Shown one piece after another: positions 30,324 through 40,200 of a DNA stretch of 64,000 bases. Source of the DNA: an uncultured delta proteobacterium (GTDB taxonomy: Bacteria > Desulfobacterota > RBG-13-43-22); contig CAWBOS010000012.1 of assembly GCA_963790475.1 (NCBI GenBank), positions 768,001-832,000 of the forward strand, in the 5' to 3' direction. Numbering within the stretch: the first letter of the stretch is position 1; each line of letters opens with the position of its first letter. A program made the position numbers and the translations under genes. The notes under the pieces are model-generated. The model saw nothing but the letters and a program-made list of their open reading frames with translations. It searched no databases and was not told where the DNA came from.

Positions 30324-31154
30324 ATGTCAAAAAAAGGAAAATCGGATAAGTTCGAAAACGGAGATTTCAAGATAGTCCAGGAACCCTTTTATCTCCCCCA
30401 GGGAAATGAGATAGCTATTTTTGAGGCGGCTCATAAGAACAAGCTCCCGGTCCTGCTTAATGGACCCACGGGAAGCGGTAAGACCCGGCTGGTCGAACAC
30501 ATGGCCTGGCGCCTGAATCTTCCCCTTTATACAGTGGCCTGCCATGACGACTTGAGCGCCAATGATCTGACCGGACGCTATATCATCAAGGGCGACGAAG
30601 TGGAATGGATAGACGGTCCGCTATTGATGGCCGTTCATGAAGGGGGTCTGGCCTATCTGGACGAAGTGGTGGAGGCCCGGAAGGACGTGACCGTGGTCAT
30701 CCACCCTCTGACCGATCACCGGCGGTGTCTGCCGGTGGAAAAACGGGGTAAAATTTTTCATGCCCCGGATGATTTTATGCTGGTCATCAGCTATAATCCC
30801 AATTACCAGAGCGTTCTCAAGGAATTGAAACCCAGCACCCGGCAGCGTTTCGTCTCCATCAACCTGGGCTGGCCGAGAGAGGATCTGGAAGTGCGCATCG
30901 TCAGCCAGGAGGCCGGGGTGGATGAGGCGACGGCTGAAAAGCTGGTCAAGGCGGCCAACCGGATACGGAATTTGGTCCACCAGGGGCTGGAAGAAGGCGT
31001 TTCCACGCGGGAGCTGGTCTATGCCGGAACCCTGCTCAGAAATGGATTGCCGGCCAGGGATTCCCTTCAGGCCACCATGATCGAACCCCTGACCTATGAC
31101 AGTGATCTGAAGAAAAGCATCGAAGAGGTGCTGAAAAATTATTTCAGTTTTTAA
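30324..31154 (+). CDS. CbbQ/NirQ/NorQ (MoxR) AAA+ ATPase
   Basis: GPTGSGKTR, CHDDL, YLDEVVEARKD, HPLTDHRR, SYNP, LKPSTRQRF, STR. Confidence 0.93.
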   Translation: MSKKGKSDKFENGDFKIVQEPFYLPQGNEIAIFEAAHKNKLPVLLNGPTGSGKTRLVEHMAWRLNLPLYTVACHDDLSANDLTGRYIIKGDEVEWIDGPLLMAVHEGGLAYLDEVVEARKDVTVVIHPLTDHRRCLPVEKRGKIFHAPDDFMLVISYNPNYQSVLKELKPSTRQRFVSINLGWPREDLEVRIVSQEAGVDEATAEKLVKAANRIRNLVHQGLEEGVSTRELVYAGTLLRNGLPARDSLQATMIEPLTYDSDLKKSIEEVLKNYFSF

Positions 31155-31179
31155 AACGCTCCAATGAAGACCTTTTATA

Positions 31180-31247
31180 GTCATTCCTGCGAAAGCAGGA
31201 ATCCAGTTATATAATTCTCTCTGGACCCCGGCTTTCGCCGAGGTGAC
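31180..31247. repeat. REP-like palindrome
   Basis: GTCATTCCTGCGAAAGCAGGAATCCAG...CTGGACCCCGGCTTTCGCCGAGGTGAC. Confidence 0.7.
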
Positions 31248-31293
31248 AGAATTTATATATTCTATTTTTTGGAGTTCAACAATCACGAACATC

Positions 31294-34200
31294 ATGCCCC
31301 AGAACTCTTTAATAGACAGGGAAAAGCCAACGGCCGTCGATGAAGCTCGCGAAGACGAATTGATTGCCCGTTTTGGTGACGCCCTTTCCCCTTTGATCAA
31401 TCGCTTCGGCTACGAAGGGATCGATTCCATTGGCCTGCTGATGGCCCGGCTGAGACAGGCGGACCGCCAGGCGGCCCTGGCCCTGATGGAGAAGAGTCCT
31501 GCCCTTATCGAGGGCCTTCTTCCTTATGGAGAAGAACTGGTCCGGGAGGTTTTTGGTCTGGCCGATCAGTTGATTCCTCTCGGACCTCTTTGTGCCTTCA
31601 GATTTCTGGAGATGAGTCCCCGAATTCTGGAAAAGAGCGACTATGAAACGCTGGTCAAAACAACTGCCCTAATCGGCGAAATCGCCGCTGTCCATGAGGA
31701 TTTGGCGATGTGCCTGATGGGGCATAGTCCGGAGCTCATCGAGTCCGCCGGCTTTGCCGGGCTGGAAAAGTTGGCCCATTTCGGCGCGGCCATCGCCGGT
31801 TCAAGCCGGACCTACGCCTTGAAGACCATTGAAAACAGCCTCTCCATCATCCGACCCCTCCAAGAAATGGGCGGGATTCCCTTAGTCCACGCTGTCTTCA
31901 ACCTGGGGATAAAAATGGCCGCTGAGGATTGGAATTACGCTCTGGAATTTTTTGAAAAAAGCCCGGCCATTGTATCAAAACTCCAAGGCCAGGGAGCAGG
32001 TTTTGACCTTCTTGATCAGGCCCTCCGGGCCGTTCCCTTCAGCGCCCAATTGACTTTAGCCCTTCTGGATTCCGCCTCCTATTTAATCGACTGCCTGGGT
32101 CCAACTGGTCTGGATTCGGTTTGGCAATGTGCGCTGGTCATGGCAGCCGACCATACGGAAAAAGGCAATATCATTCTCCGGGAAAGTCCGGGTATCGTTG
32201 ATCGACTTCTGGACTTTGTTACTCCCGGTCAGGTGATCGAGATTTTTGAATTGGGAAGGGAACTGGCCGGGTTGGGTTCAGAAGCGACCCTTGAATTTAT
32301 CTTGGGAAGCATCGAGCTTGCCCGGCAATTTGATTTTTCAATCTTGAAGGTCGTTTCCGATGCAGCCGAAGAAATTGCAGCCAGCAGCCGGAATACGGCT
32401 GCGGACTTTTTGAAGGCTGCCCCGGCATTGCTGAGCCGGGTGGATCGGCAAGGACTATGGAAAATTGTCGATCGTATAGTCCCCATAGCCCGTGACAACT
32501 GGGAAACGGCCTCGCGGCTTCTTCTTAAAGCCCCCGATGTGATTGATCGTTTGGGACCTGAGGGTTTGGAAAAGATCACGGATTTTTCAGCATTTCTGGC
32601 CCGGGAAAGCTGGTCGACCGCAGTTCAATTCCTTGAAAAATGTCCTCTTCTTATTGATGAACTTTTGAAACAAGGCGATGCCTCTTTGGTATTTGAGGTC
32701 TGCCGGCTTGGCCGCCGGATTGCTCAAACCAATGCCCGGCTGGCCGTGAGCCTGATGAGCCGCAGTTCCGAAATTATTGAATTGATCGGCTTTGAGGGTC
32801 TGGAAAAGGTGGAGGAACTGGCCCTTCGGATAGGCCCCGAGAATTGGACTACGGCGGTAAGCCTGGCGGAGGCGAGTCCCCTCCTTTTGGAAAGGGTGGG
32901 TTATGAGGGCTTGGAACGAATCTCGGGCGTGGCCCGAAATCTGGCCCGGGAGAATAGCTTTGCGGCCGTGAGTCTCCTGGAAAAAGCCCCGGACTTGATC
33001 GATCACCTCTTGGAAACCGGAATTAAAAATCAAATCCTCCCTGTCTATGAACTGGTAGGGGAGGCCGCCGCCGCAAACTGGAGATTGGCCACGGCTCTTT
33101 TGGAAAAAAGCCCGGAACTGTTGTCTAAACTGGGTGCTGAGGGATTAGAGAAGCTGGCGGCCTTGCTCATTCAAACAGCCAGAGTTAACGGACAAATTGC
33201 TGTCCGACTGTTGGATCTGAGCCCGGTTCTGCTGGACCAACTCGGTTTTGAAGGAATGGAAATCGCAGCCGGCTTGATTTCTTTTCTGGCCGGGTCCGAT
33301 TGGATGGCCGCCCTGGCCTTGTTGGAGAAAAGCCCTTTAATAATCGACCGGCTGGGTCAATCCCGAGAAAGGGCCATGGCCCCGGCCGTTTTTGACCTGG
33401 CCGCCAAGGTGGCCCGCACCAGTCCGGCAGCGGCTGCAAAACTTCTGGAAAAAAGTCCGGAATTGATTGATTGGGTGGGATGGGAAGGTTTCGGAAAAAT
33501 AGCCGCATTTATTGAAAACACGGCCGGAGAGGATGAACAAAAGGCCCTTTCTTTTTTGGCCAGCGAATCCCCCACCTGGACCGATTTTCTGGAAAATATT
33601 CCCAAAGGTTTGGAGTTGAAGACCATCCAGTCGATCCTTTCCCATTACCTTAAGGCCCTTTTGGGTCGAAGGGTGGAAATCGCCGAGGCCGGGAAGGCCT
33701 ATACGGACGGAAAAAAAATCTACCTCCCCGGACGGATCCGAGATTTTCAGAATCAGGACGATAACTTTATGGCCTATAAAGTCGCGGCCACCCATCTGGA
33801 AGGCCACCTGGAGTACGGGAGTTTTGAATTCGATCTTAGCCGGATCGAAGACTACCTTAACAGAAAGGGTTTTCTTTCGGCAATCGAGAGCCGGGATGAT
33901 GAAAGCGATATGGACCGGTTTGCCGCATTTTTTCCGGAACCGGATCTGGCCCGGGATCTTTTCAATCTTATGGAAGACTGGAGGATAGAAAAAATATTGC
34001 AGGGAGAGTATCCCGCTTTGGGAGAGGAAATTTTTCGGATAAATATCCACCGGGTCTCCAAACGCAGTTCTCCCCGAAAAATGACCAATCCTAAACAACG
34101 GATCGTGGAAATGATCGGGCAATCCTTGCTGGCCGGAAAGGATTTCAGAGATGGGGATCCTCGAAGTCTGGACATTCTGCAGAAGGCTTTGGAAAAGGCA

Positions 34201-35679
34201 AGTTTACTGGAGCGGCCGGAGGCTGATGTGCATACGGCGGCTGGAATAGCCATTGATCTGTATCTCCTGATCAATGAACAATTCCAGGAAGCCTACCGTC
34301 CGGCAAAGCCCCTAGCGAACCCCCTGGATCAGAATAAAGTCGCCCAAAATATCGGAAGCTTTGGAAAGACCTCCCAGCAAATACAGGACCGGATCCGAGG
34401 CAGACGGGGTGCCGGGGGGAATCGGCCCCAAACGCAACCGGAAGCTGAAAGCGGGTCTGAGGGAGAAACCCAACCGACCAGCAGCCGACCGGGTCAGGAA
34501 AATATTCAACAGCGGCAACAGGCTGCCGGCAAAGAGCAACGCACCTTTCAAGGACCGGCCGGGGGAGGAAAACAGGAATCCGGCGATGCGGACCCGGCCG
34601 GGGAAGAAACGGGCCGGGTGGGTGAGGACATGAAGTTCGATTCCCGGGAAAAGATAGAGCGGCTGCTCAAGGCCCTTTACCATGAGCGGGGGATTACCCC
34701 CAAGGAAATCGAACGGCGGTTTGAATCCCTCAATCAAAATGAAATTTATCTCTTCCTTAATAACCTGGAGGCCTCGCTGGCCAAAAAGACGGAACTCCAA
34801 AGCGAAAGGGGGAGCTCTTTGTATCCGGAGTGGGGAGAGGATATCCATGACTACCGCGCCAACTGGGCCAGAATACGCGAGCAGACCCTTCCGGGGAGAT
34901 CGCTGGGCTTTTACCGGGAATCCTTGGATAAACACTCCGGACTCCTGAAAAAAATCAGAAGAGAGTTTCAGATGCTGAAACCGGAAGGGTTTACCCGTCG
35001 TAAGCGGCAATATGACGGGGATGATATCGACCTGGAAGCCGTGGTCGAGTATTGGGTGGACCGGAAAGTCGGACTGTCCCCTTCGGAAAAAAACTATACC
35101 CTTCATCAGAAAAAAAAGCGCGACATCGCCGTGGCTTTTCTAATCGATATGAGCCGGAGCACCAAAGGGGCCACCATCGAATTGGAGAAGGAGGCGCTGA
35201 TCATCATGTCCGAGGCCCTGAACGAAGTCGGAGATGCCTTTGCCGTCTTCGGATTTTCAGGCGATAACCGCGATAACGTGGACTATTTCCGGATCAAGGC
35301 TTTTGACGACCCTTATGACAATCCGGTGAAAAAAAGGATCTCGGCCATTACCGACCGCTTCGAAAACCGGGATGGAACGGCGATCCGGCACACCATCCAT
35401 AAACTGAGAAGGAGATCGGAACGGACCAAATTGCTTATTCTATTAAGCGACGGCAAACCGGTGGACAAAGAATATGCCGGCGCCTACGCCATTGAAGACA
35501 CGCGCTTGGCTTTAAAAGAAGCTCGTCATTACGGGATCAGGACATTCTGTATTACCGTAGATCGCACGGCCGCCGAATACCTGCCCCGGATGTACAGCCA
35601 CAGCAGTTGGACCGTCATTGACGAAGTGAACAAACTTCCTGAAAAAATTACCCGTATTTACCGCATACTGACGGCTTGA
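31294..35679 (+). CDS. Giant NorD/CbbO-like VWA protein with ~19 N-terminal alpha-helical repeats
   Basis: C-terminus YPEW...Y, DGDDIDL, MIDAS DMSRST, NRDGTAIRH, LSDGKP. N-terminal ~37-41-aa repeats A..LLEKSP.LI..LG.EGLEK. Confidence 0.88.
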   Translation: MPQNSLIDREKPTAVDEAREDELIARFGDALSPLINRFGYEGIDSIGLLMARLRQADRQAALALMEKSPALIEGLLPYGEELVREVFGLADQLIPLGPLCAFRFLEMSPRILEKSDYETLVKTTALIGEIAAVHEDLAMCLMGHSPELIESAGFAGLEKLAHFGAAIAGSSRTYALKTIENSLSIIRPLQEMGGIPLVHAVFNLGIKMAAEDWNYALEFFEKSPAIVSKLQGQGAGFDLLDQALRAVPFSAQLTLALLDSASYLIDCLGPTGLDSVWQCALVMAADHTEKGNIILRESPGIVDRLLDFVTPGQVIEIFELGRELAGLGSEATLEFILGSIELARQFDFSILKVVSDAAEEIAASSRNTAADFLKAAPALLSRVDRQGLWKIVDRIVPIARDNWETASRLLLKAPDVIDRLGPEGLEKITDFSAFLARESWSTAVQFLEKCPLLIDELLKQGDASLVFEVCRLGRRIAQTNARLAVSLMSRSSEIIELIGFEGLEKVEELALRIGPENWTTAVSLAEASPLLLERVGYEGLERISGVARNLARENSFAAVSLLEKAPDLIDHLLETGIKNQILPVYELVGEAAAANWRLATALLEKSPELLSKLGAEGLEKLAALLIQTARVNGQIAVRLLDLSPVLLDQLGFEGMEIAAGLISFLAGSDWMAALALLEKSPLIIDRLGQSRERAMAPAVFDLAAKVARTSPAAAAKLLEKSPELIDWVGWEGFGKIAAFIENTAGEDEQKALSFLASESPTWTDFLENIPKGLELKTIQSILSHYLKALLGRRVEIAEAGKAYTDGKKIYLPGRIRDFQNQDDNFMAYKVAATHLEGHLEYGSFEFDLSRIEDYLNRKGFLSAIESRDDESDMDRFAAFFPEPDLARDLFNLMEDWRIEKILQGEYPALGEEIFRINIHRVSKRSSPRKMTNPKQRIVEMIGQSLLAGKDFRDGDPRSLDILQKALEKASLLERPEADVHTAAGIAIDLYLLINEQFQEAYRPAKPLANPLDQNKVAQNIGSFGKTSQQIQDRIRGRRGAGGNRPQTQPEAESGSEGETQPTSSRPGQENIQQRQQAAGKEQRTFQGPAGGGKQESGDADPAGEETGRVGEDMKFDSREKIERLLKALYHERGITPKEIERRFESLNQNEIYLFLNNLEASLAKKTELQSERGSSLYPEWGEDIHDYRANWARIREQTLPGRSLGFYRESLDKHSGLLKKIRREFQMLKPEGFTRRKRQYDGDDIDLEAVVEYWVDRKVGLSPSEKNYTLHQKKKRDIAVAFLIDMSRSTKGATIELEKEALIIMSEALNEVGDAFAVFGFSGDNRDNVDYFRIKAFDDPYDNPVKKRISAITDRFENRDGTAIRHTIHKLRRRSERTKLLILLSDGKPVDKEYAGAYAIEDTRLALKEARHYGIRTFCITVDRTAAEYLPRMYSHSSWTVIDEVNKLPEKITRIYRILTA

Positions 35680-35761
35680 GAGGGTATCATGACCTTTTGG
35701 TTAAAAGAATATATCAGGTGTAAATATATCGTACCAACATAGGTATATGAAAAAGGGCTTT

Positions 35762-35940
35762 TTTCACCAGACGCTGAGGACGCAGAGAAGATAATTTATT
35801 GATTGCCGGTGAGAGGCCGGCAATCAATAAACTTCGCAACCCTCTGGGTATCTTTTTGGCCAAAAGGCCTGAGCAGTGTTGAACAATCCCGCCTCTCACG
35901 GGATTGTTCAACAATAATTCTCTCTGCGTCCTTTGCGTCT
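35762..35940. repeat. Structured repeat copy B (interrupted by IS110; remainder at 37541-37551)
   Basis: Hairpins 35795-35831 (loop TGAGAGG) and 35877-35913 (loop CCTCTCA). The terminal CTGCGGTGAAA is displaced to the far side of the IS. Confidence 0.85.
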
Positions 35941-35984
35941 GGTTTATTGTTGTCAAGAGTTTTTTAAATATTATTAAACAAACT

Positions 35985-36165
35985 GGTAACTATCTTAGAG
36001 TGACACCTTGCCCAACTCTGGTAATTTGAGAGTCTCAACAGAGCTCTAACCTTGCTTTATTGGGGTTAAGGTGCAAGCGGAGAGTTATTTAAGCTCTGCG
36101 AGAAGGTCGACTTAGTCGCCTTAGATGCCGCAAACGATAATCTCTCCGCTTACACGCTAAGAAGG
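35985..36165 (-). ncRNA. Candidate bridge RNA/seekRNA in the 3' non-coding end (boundaries approximate)
   Basis: Two stem-enclosed internal loops, each with an apical hairpin, carrying short matches to target and donor flanks (see findings). Confidence 0.7.
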
Positions 36166-36166
36166 T

Positions 36167-37426
36167 CTAAGCAGCCAGTTTTAACGTTGCTCCTTTTGAA
36201 TAATTTTCCATATATTCGTTATGATCACGCACCAAGGCAAAAATAACACCGAGAAGCTTCCGGGCAATGGCTACCAGGGCCTTGATCTTGGGCATTCCTT
36301 GATCCAGATGCCTTTGATAGGCCGTATGCATCACTCCCCCTTTTCGAACCGTATTGATAGCGGCAAAAAAGAGGATTTTCCTAAGAAGCGACCGGCCTCT
36401 TTTGGATATATGACGATTCCCTTGGTGCCTTCCAGAACTGATTTCAAAGAGGTTCAGTCCGGCCAACTTCAGGACTTCAGCCAGCGTATGAAATTTACGA
36501 AAATCCCCGACTTCTCCAATCAGTCCGGCGGCGGTAACCTCTCCTATCCCTTTCAAGGACAGAATCGAATGACTATAGGGGATCTCGGGAAGAAGGGCCG
36601 CCATCTCCTGTTCCGCCTTCTCAATAAACTGGTCAGAAGATTCAATCTCAGAAAGAAGTTCTCGTATCTCAAAAAGAATCGCCTTGCGGCCTTCTTGAAG
36701 ACCTACGGAATGGCCAGCGGCCGCATAAAGGGCCGGGGCTCGCTCTTTATCCAGCTTCCCTCGGCTAACCCGTCTCAGCGTGGCCCTCAAGGTCCCAAGA
36801 CCACATTGGATAATATCTTCCGGGCACGGATAATGCCGCAACAGATATTGGGCACTGCGGGTTTTAATATTCTTCATCACTTGCAGAAACTCGGGGAAGA
36901 CAATAAAGACCAAATCCTGAATCTGGTTCAAAAGGCCCGTTCGTCTTCGTATGGCTCTCTCCCTGGCATGGGTCAGTCGGCGAAGTTCAGCTGCCGCGCC
37001 TTCGGGAATGACCACGGTAAGGGCATGACCCAGCTCAATAATATCCGCAATGACTTTGGGATCTTTCCTATCCGTCTTATTGGGCGAGTTACCCTGGACT
37101 TCCTTCAACTTCTTCGTATGCATAGGATTAACCTGAACCAGTGTCACCGGCCGTTTCATCAGAAAATGTTGCAAGGGTTCTCCATAAGACCCGGTGGATT
37201 CAAAACCAACCACGATTTCTTCCAAGTGATTGGCCTCTTTGGCCTCAACCATCCGATTCCAAAATTTCGTAAATCCTTGATCATTATTGAAAAACTCAAA
37301 AGGTTTGATTTCCGTCCGGTCTGGACAGCGGCCATATCCCATATTGGTCGTTTTGCCTATGTCCACGGTACCGATAAGGGTTTTTTCATTGACCTTCTTA
37401 AGTTTTTTTGTTTCAATCTTATTCAT
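36167..37426 (-). CDS. IS110 family DEDD transposase/recombinase
   Basis: GTVDIGK (D), GFESTG (E), KTDRKD (D,D), GIG..TA..LIGE, SSG (Ser), ISKRG, ARKL. Confidence 0.95.
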   Translation of the reverse strand: MNKIETKKLKKVNEKTLIGTVDIGKTTNMGYGRCPDRTEIKPFEFFNNDQGFTKFWNRMVEAKEANHLEEIVVGFESTGSYGEPLQHFLMKRPVTLVQVNPMHTKKLKEVQGNSPNKTDRKDPKVIADIIELGHALTVVIPEGAAAELRRLTHARERAIRRRTGLLNQIQDLVFIVFPEFLQVMKNIKTRSAQYLLRHYPCPEDIIQCGLGTLRATLRRVSRGKLDKERAPALYAAAGHSVGLQEGRKAILFEIRELLSEIESSDQFIEKAEQEMAALLPEIPYSHSILSLKGIGEVTAAGLIGEVGDFRKFHTLAEVLKLAGLNLFEISSGRHQGNRHISKRGRSLLRKILFFAAINTVRKGGVMHTAYQRHLDQGMPKIKALVAIARKLLGVIFALVRDHNEYMENYSKGATLKLAA

Positions 37427-37605
37427 GGCTATACTCCTTTCCTTGGTTTGGGTTTAACCAACTTGCAAATTGGACCTCAAATCAAGAAAGAGTATAGCCT
37501 TTTTTGTACGGCTTAACTACTTTCTAAAATATAGCAAGCTCTGCGGTGAAATTTCGTGTTTAAAAAAGCGAAATAGATACAAAAAATAAAACTTGGAGGT
37601 GACTT

Positions 37606-38175
37606 ATGGCTAAGGATTCTAAGGAAAAGAAGAAGGAGGCAATTGTCGGAGTGATGAACCAGGCGCGCTCCATGGAGTTGCTGGCAATTAACCAATACAT
37701 GAATCAGCATTACAATCTGGACAATATGGATTACGGAGATCTGGCCGCCAAGGTCAAGCTGATCGCCATCGACGAGATGCGTCATGCCGAGATGTTCGCC
37801 GATCGTATTAAAGAATTAGGCGGGGAGCCGACCGCTGACCCGGCGGGAAAGGTGGAAAAGGGGCAGAAGGTGGAAGCCGTTTTCCCCTTTGATGCTGATC
37901 TGGAAGACCATACCATCGAGCAGTATAACCAGTTTCTTGCCCTCTGCCGAGAAAACGGCGACAGCATCAGTAAGAAGCTTTTTGAAACCATTATCGATGA
38001 AGAACAGATTCATTTTACTTATTTTGACAATATCAAGGACCACATTAAGAATCTGGACGGGACTTATTTAGCCCAGATTGCCGGGACGCCGTCCACTACC
38101 GGTCTGCAGACGCAGGGTTTTGTCGCCAGACGAGGAACGACTGGAACACCGGGAAAGCCCCCGGCAGGGGCCTGA
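37606..38175 (+). CDS. bfr: Bacterioferritin
   Basis: ELLAINQY..H, DEMRHAE (haem-ligand Met), RIKELGG, DEEQIH. Confidence 0.85.
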   Translation: MAKDSKEKKKEAIVGVMNQARSMELLAINQYMNQHYNLDNMDYGDLAAKVKLIAIDEMRHAEMFADRIKELGGEPTADPAGKVEKGQKVEAVFPFDADLEDHTIEQYNQFLALCRENGDSISKKLFETIIDEEQIHFTYFDNIKDHIKNLDGTYLAQIAGTPSTTGLQTQGFVARRGTTGTPGKPPAGA

Positions 38176-38289
38176 TTTGAGAAGGCAATGGATCTGGTTC
38201 TCATTTTTCTCCTTGCCTCTTATGCAGCTCTCCCATATACTTCTAATCTCTTTTCCTGAAAAAGGAAGAAAGACTATTAAAAAGAAAGG

Positions 38290-38865
38290 ATGAACAGAAT
38301 GGATTTTACAGAACTTCTTGAAAAACGGCGTGCCGTCAGGGATTTTGAGGACAAGGCAGTCCCTTTGGAGGTGATTAAGGCCATCATCGCCGACAGCATC
38401 AAGGCCCCCAACGCCAGCAACCGGCAACCCTGGAAATTTATCGTGGTCAATAATAAGGCCATGCTGAAGAGGATTTCCGATGCCAGTAAAAAGGTCATTA
38501 TTGCCGGGATTGAAAAAGACCCCAACTCACCTATGAAGGGATACCTGGATACTCTGAAAAAGGAAGATTATAACGTCTTCTACAACGGCTCCTGCGCGGT
38601 GATCATCGTTGCCCCGGTCAAAGGGGCTACCATCGCTCAAGACTGCGGTTTATTGGCGGCTTATTTTATGCTCTCAGCCGCTTCCAGGGGTTTGGGCACC
38701 TGCTGGATCGCTCAGGGTGCGGAAGCCCGTGATCCGGAACTGCTCAAGGAACTTGGTCTGCCTGATGGCTACCGGATGTGGGCCCCTCTCGTCCTGGGTT
38801 ATCCCAAAGCGATTCCGCCTATGCCGGACCGTAAGGAACCCGATATCCTGAAAATCATCAGTTAA
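38290..38865 (+). CDS. Nitroreductase family protein
   Basis: RRAVRDF, APNASNRQPWKF, GLGTCWI, LGYP. Confidence 0.9.
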   Translation: MNRMDFTELLEKRRAVRDFEDKAVPLEVIKAIIADSIKAPNASNRQPWKFIVVNNKAMLKRISDASKKVIIAGIEKDPNSPMKGYLDTLKKEDYNVFYNGSCAVIIVAPVKGATIAQDCGLLAAYFMLSAASRGLGTCWIAQGAEARDPELLKELGLPDGYRMWAPLVLGYPKAIPPMPDRKEPDILKIIS

Positions 38866-39642
38866 AAAGCCATTGTTCCTTCTGGCGAAAACAGGAATCC
38901 GTAAATATCTATTTCCGCTTGACCCCGAAGAACCCCGGACCTGATCCGAGGCTCTTCGGGGAGATTTTTGGGATTGCAGTTTTTCCCCTGGTTTTATTGC
39001 TGACCGTTCAACGCCGAACGTCTTTCATCCAAACTCCTTTGAGTTTTCGGCTTTGAGCTGGTTTTTCCCTCCCGCCTCCCGCCTCGCACCTTTTTTCCCT
39101 TGACTTCCCCCCTTTTTCCCTTTATTTTCTTGCTATTATTGGGCTTAAGCTCTGAGCCTTCCACCTTAAACTTTTAGTTTTAAGATTTAGGCCTCAAACA
39201 TTGAACATTGAACCTTGAACTTCTTCTTTTAGCCTTTCTTTTTTTTGTGAAGTTAACATTTCCTTGCTTTTGAATTAAGTTCCCCGGTCAAACGGTTTGT
39301 TGAAGTGATAACTGAGCAAACGATTCTTTTTTTAACAAAAGCGATTCAAATTTTATTTAAATAGGGAAGTGTCCCTATTTTTTTTAGAATCTATTTTATA
39401 TGGGAAGTGGCCGTTATTTTTAATCTTCCCTGTTGATTTTACCTATGGGGTGTCTATGGGGTGGGGTCAGGTATTTTCTTGACATTTTTTCCGAAGACAT
39501 CTTACAGATTTCTTGAAACAGTGGGCAGACATGCCCTTTCCATGATCCAGAAAAAAGAGATGGGGAACAAGGCCCACCTTCCGGTATTTCTCCGATAACT
39601 TTATGAAATTGCTTTAAATTATTAATTCCTAAACTCCTAACT

Positions 39643-39999
39643 ATGGTTGACGCCATGTTTCTAAAGATAAAAAAATTGATCATCCTCCTGGCTGTATTTT
39701 GTTTTTGGGCGGGCTGTGCTCAGGTTAAACAAGTCGTCACCGATGTACAAGAGGGGGTTAAAGGGGTTTTCAAGGGGGAAAAGGAAGATACTCAAAAGGC
39801 CCCGGCCGAGAAAAAAGAATCGGAACCGGCAAAGGAACCGGAGACTACCGGTAAGGATACAACAAAAGGAGGTAAAGAGGAGCCTCCCTCTCCGGCAAAA
39901 GCCAAGAAAAAAGAGACCAAAACAACAACCCCCGTAGGCAAAAAAGGGACCACAAGAACGACCCCTATTCCATCCGGAGAAGTCTTCGGACCTAAATAA
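39643..39999 (+). CDS. Lys/Glu/Thr-rich lipoprotein
   Basis: Signal with lipobox WAGC, then a low-complexity tail. Confidence 0.6.
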   Translation: MVDAMFLKIKKLIILLAVFCFWAGCAQVKQVVTDVQEGVKGVFKGEKEDTQKAPAEKKESEPAKEPETTGKDTTKGGKEEPPSPAKAKKKETKTTTPVGKKGTTRTTPIPSGEVFGPK

Positions 40000-40200
40000 A
40001 CCCTAAGAGGTAGTTTAATATCAAGAAGAGATGCGAGGATTCCCGGATTCTCAAAAGGGGTCACCCATTAAAAGGCCCCTCTCAAATCTCTGTTTGACCT
40101 ATTGAAAGGAATTAGATCCCTATTATATTTCATCCCAGCCTAAGCCAGCGTAATAAGGAGGACGTATTACCGATGATCATCTGCCTGGACATAGTTTAAA

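Larger units (their letters stand above)
35939..37540 (-). mobile_element. IS110-family insertion sequence with CT core at both junctions
   Basis: Removing 35941-37540 restores CTTTGCGT-CT-CTGCGGTGAAA, the repeat's terminal arm. No TSD or obvious terminal IRs; DEDD transposase inside. Confidence 0.9.

Noticed and set aside
36221-37516. 431-aa antisense ORF over the IS110 transposase
   Set aside because: Codon-aligned shadow frame (offset 54 nt), with no recognisable motifs or RBS.
39355-39490. AATAGGGA-AGTG-TCCCTATT palindrome and GGGGTCAGGT...TTGACA motif resembling RAYT-associated ends
   Set aside because: No transposase nearby; too degenerate to call.
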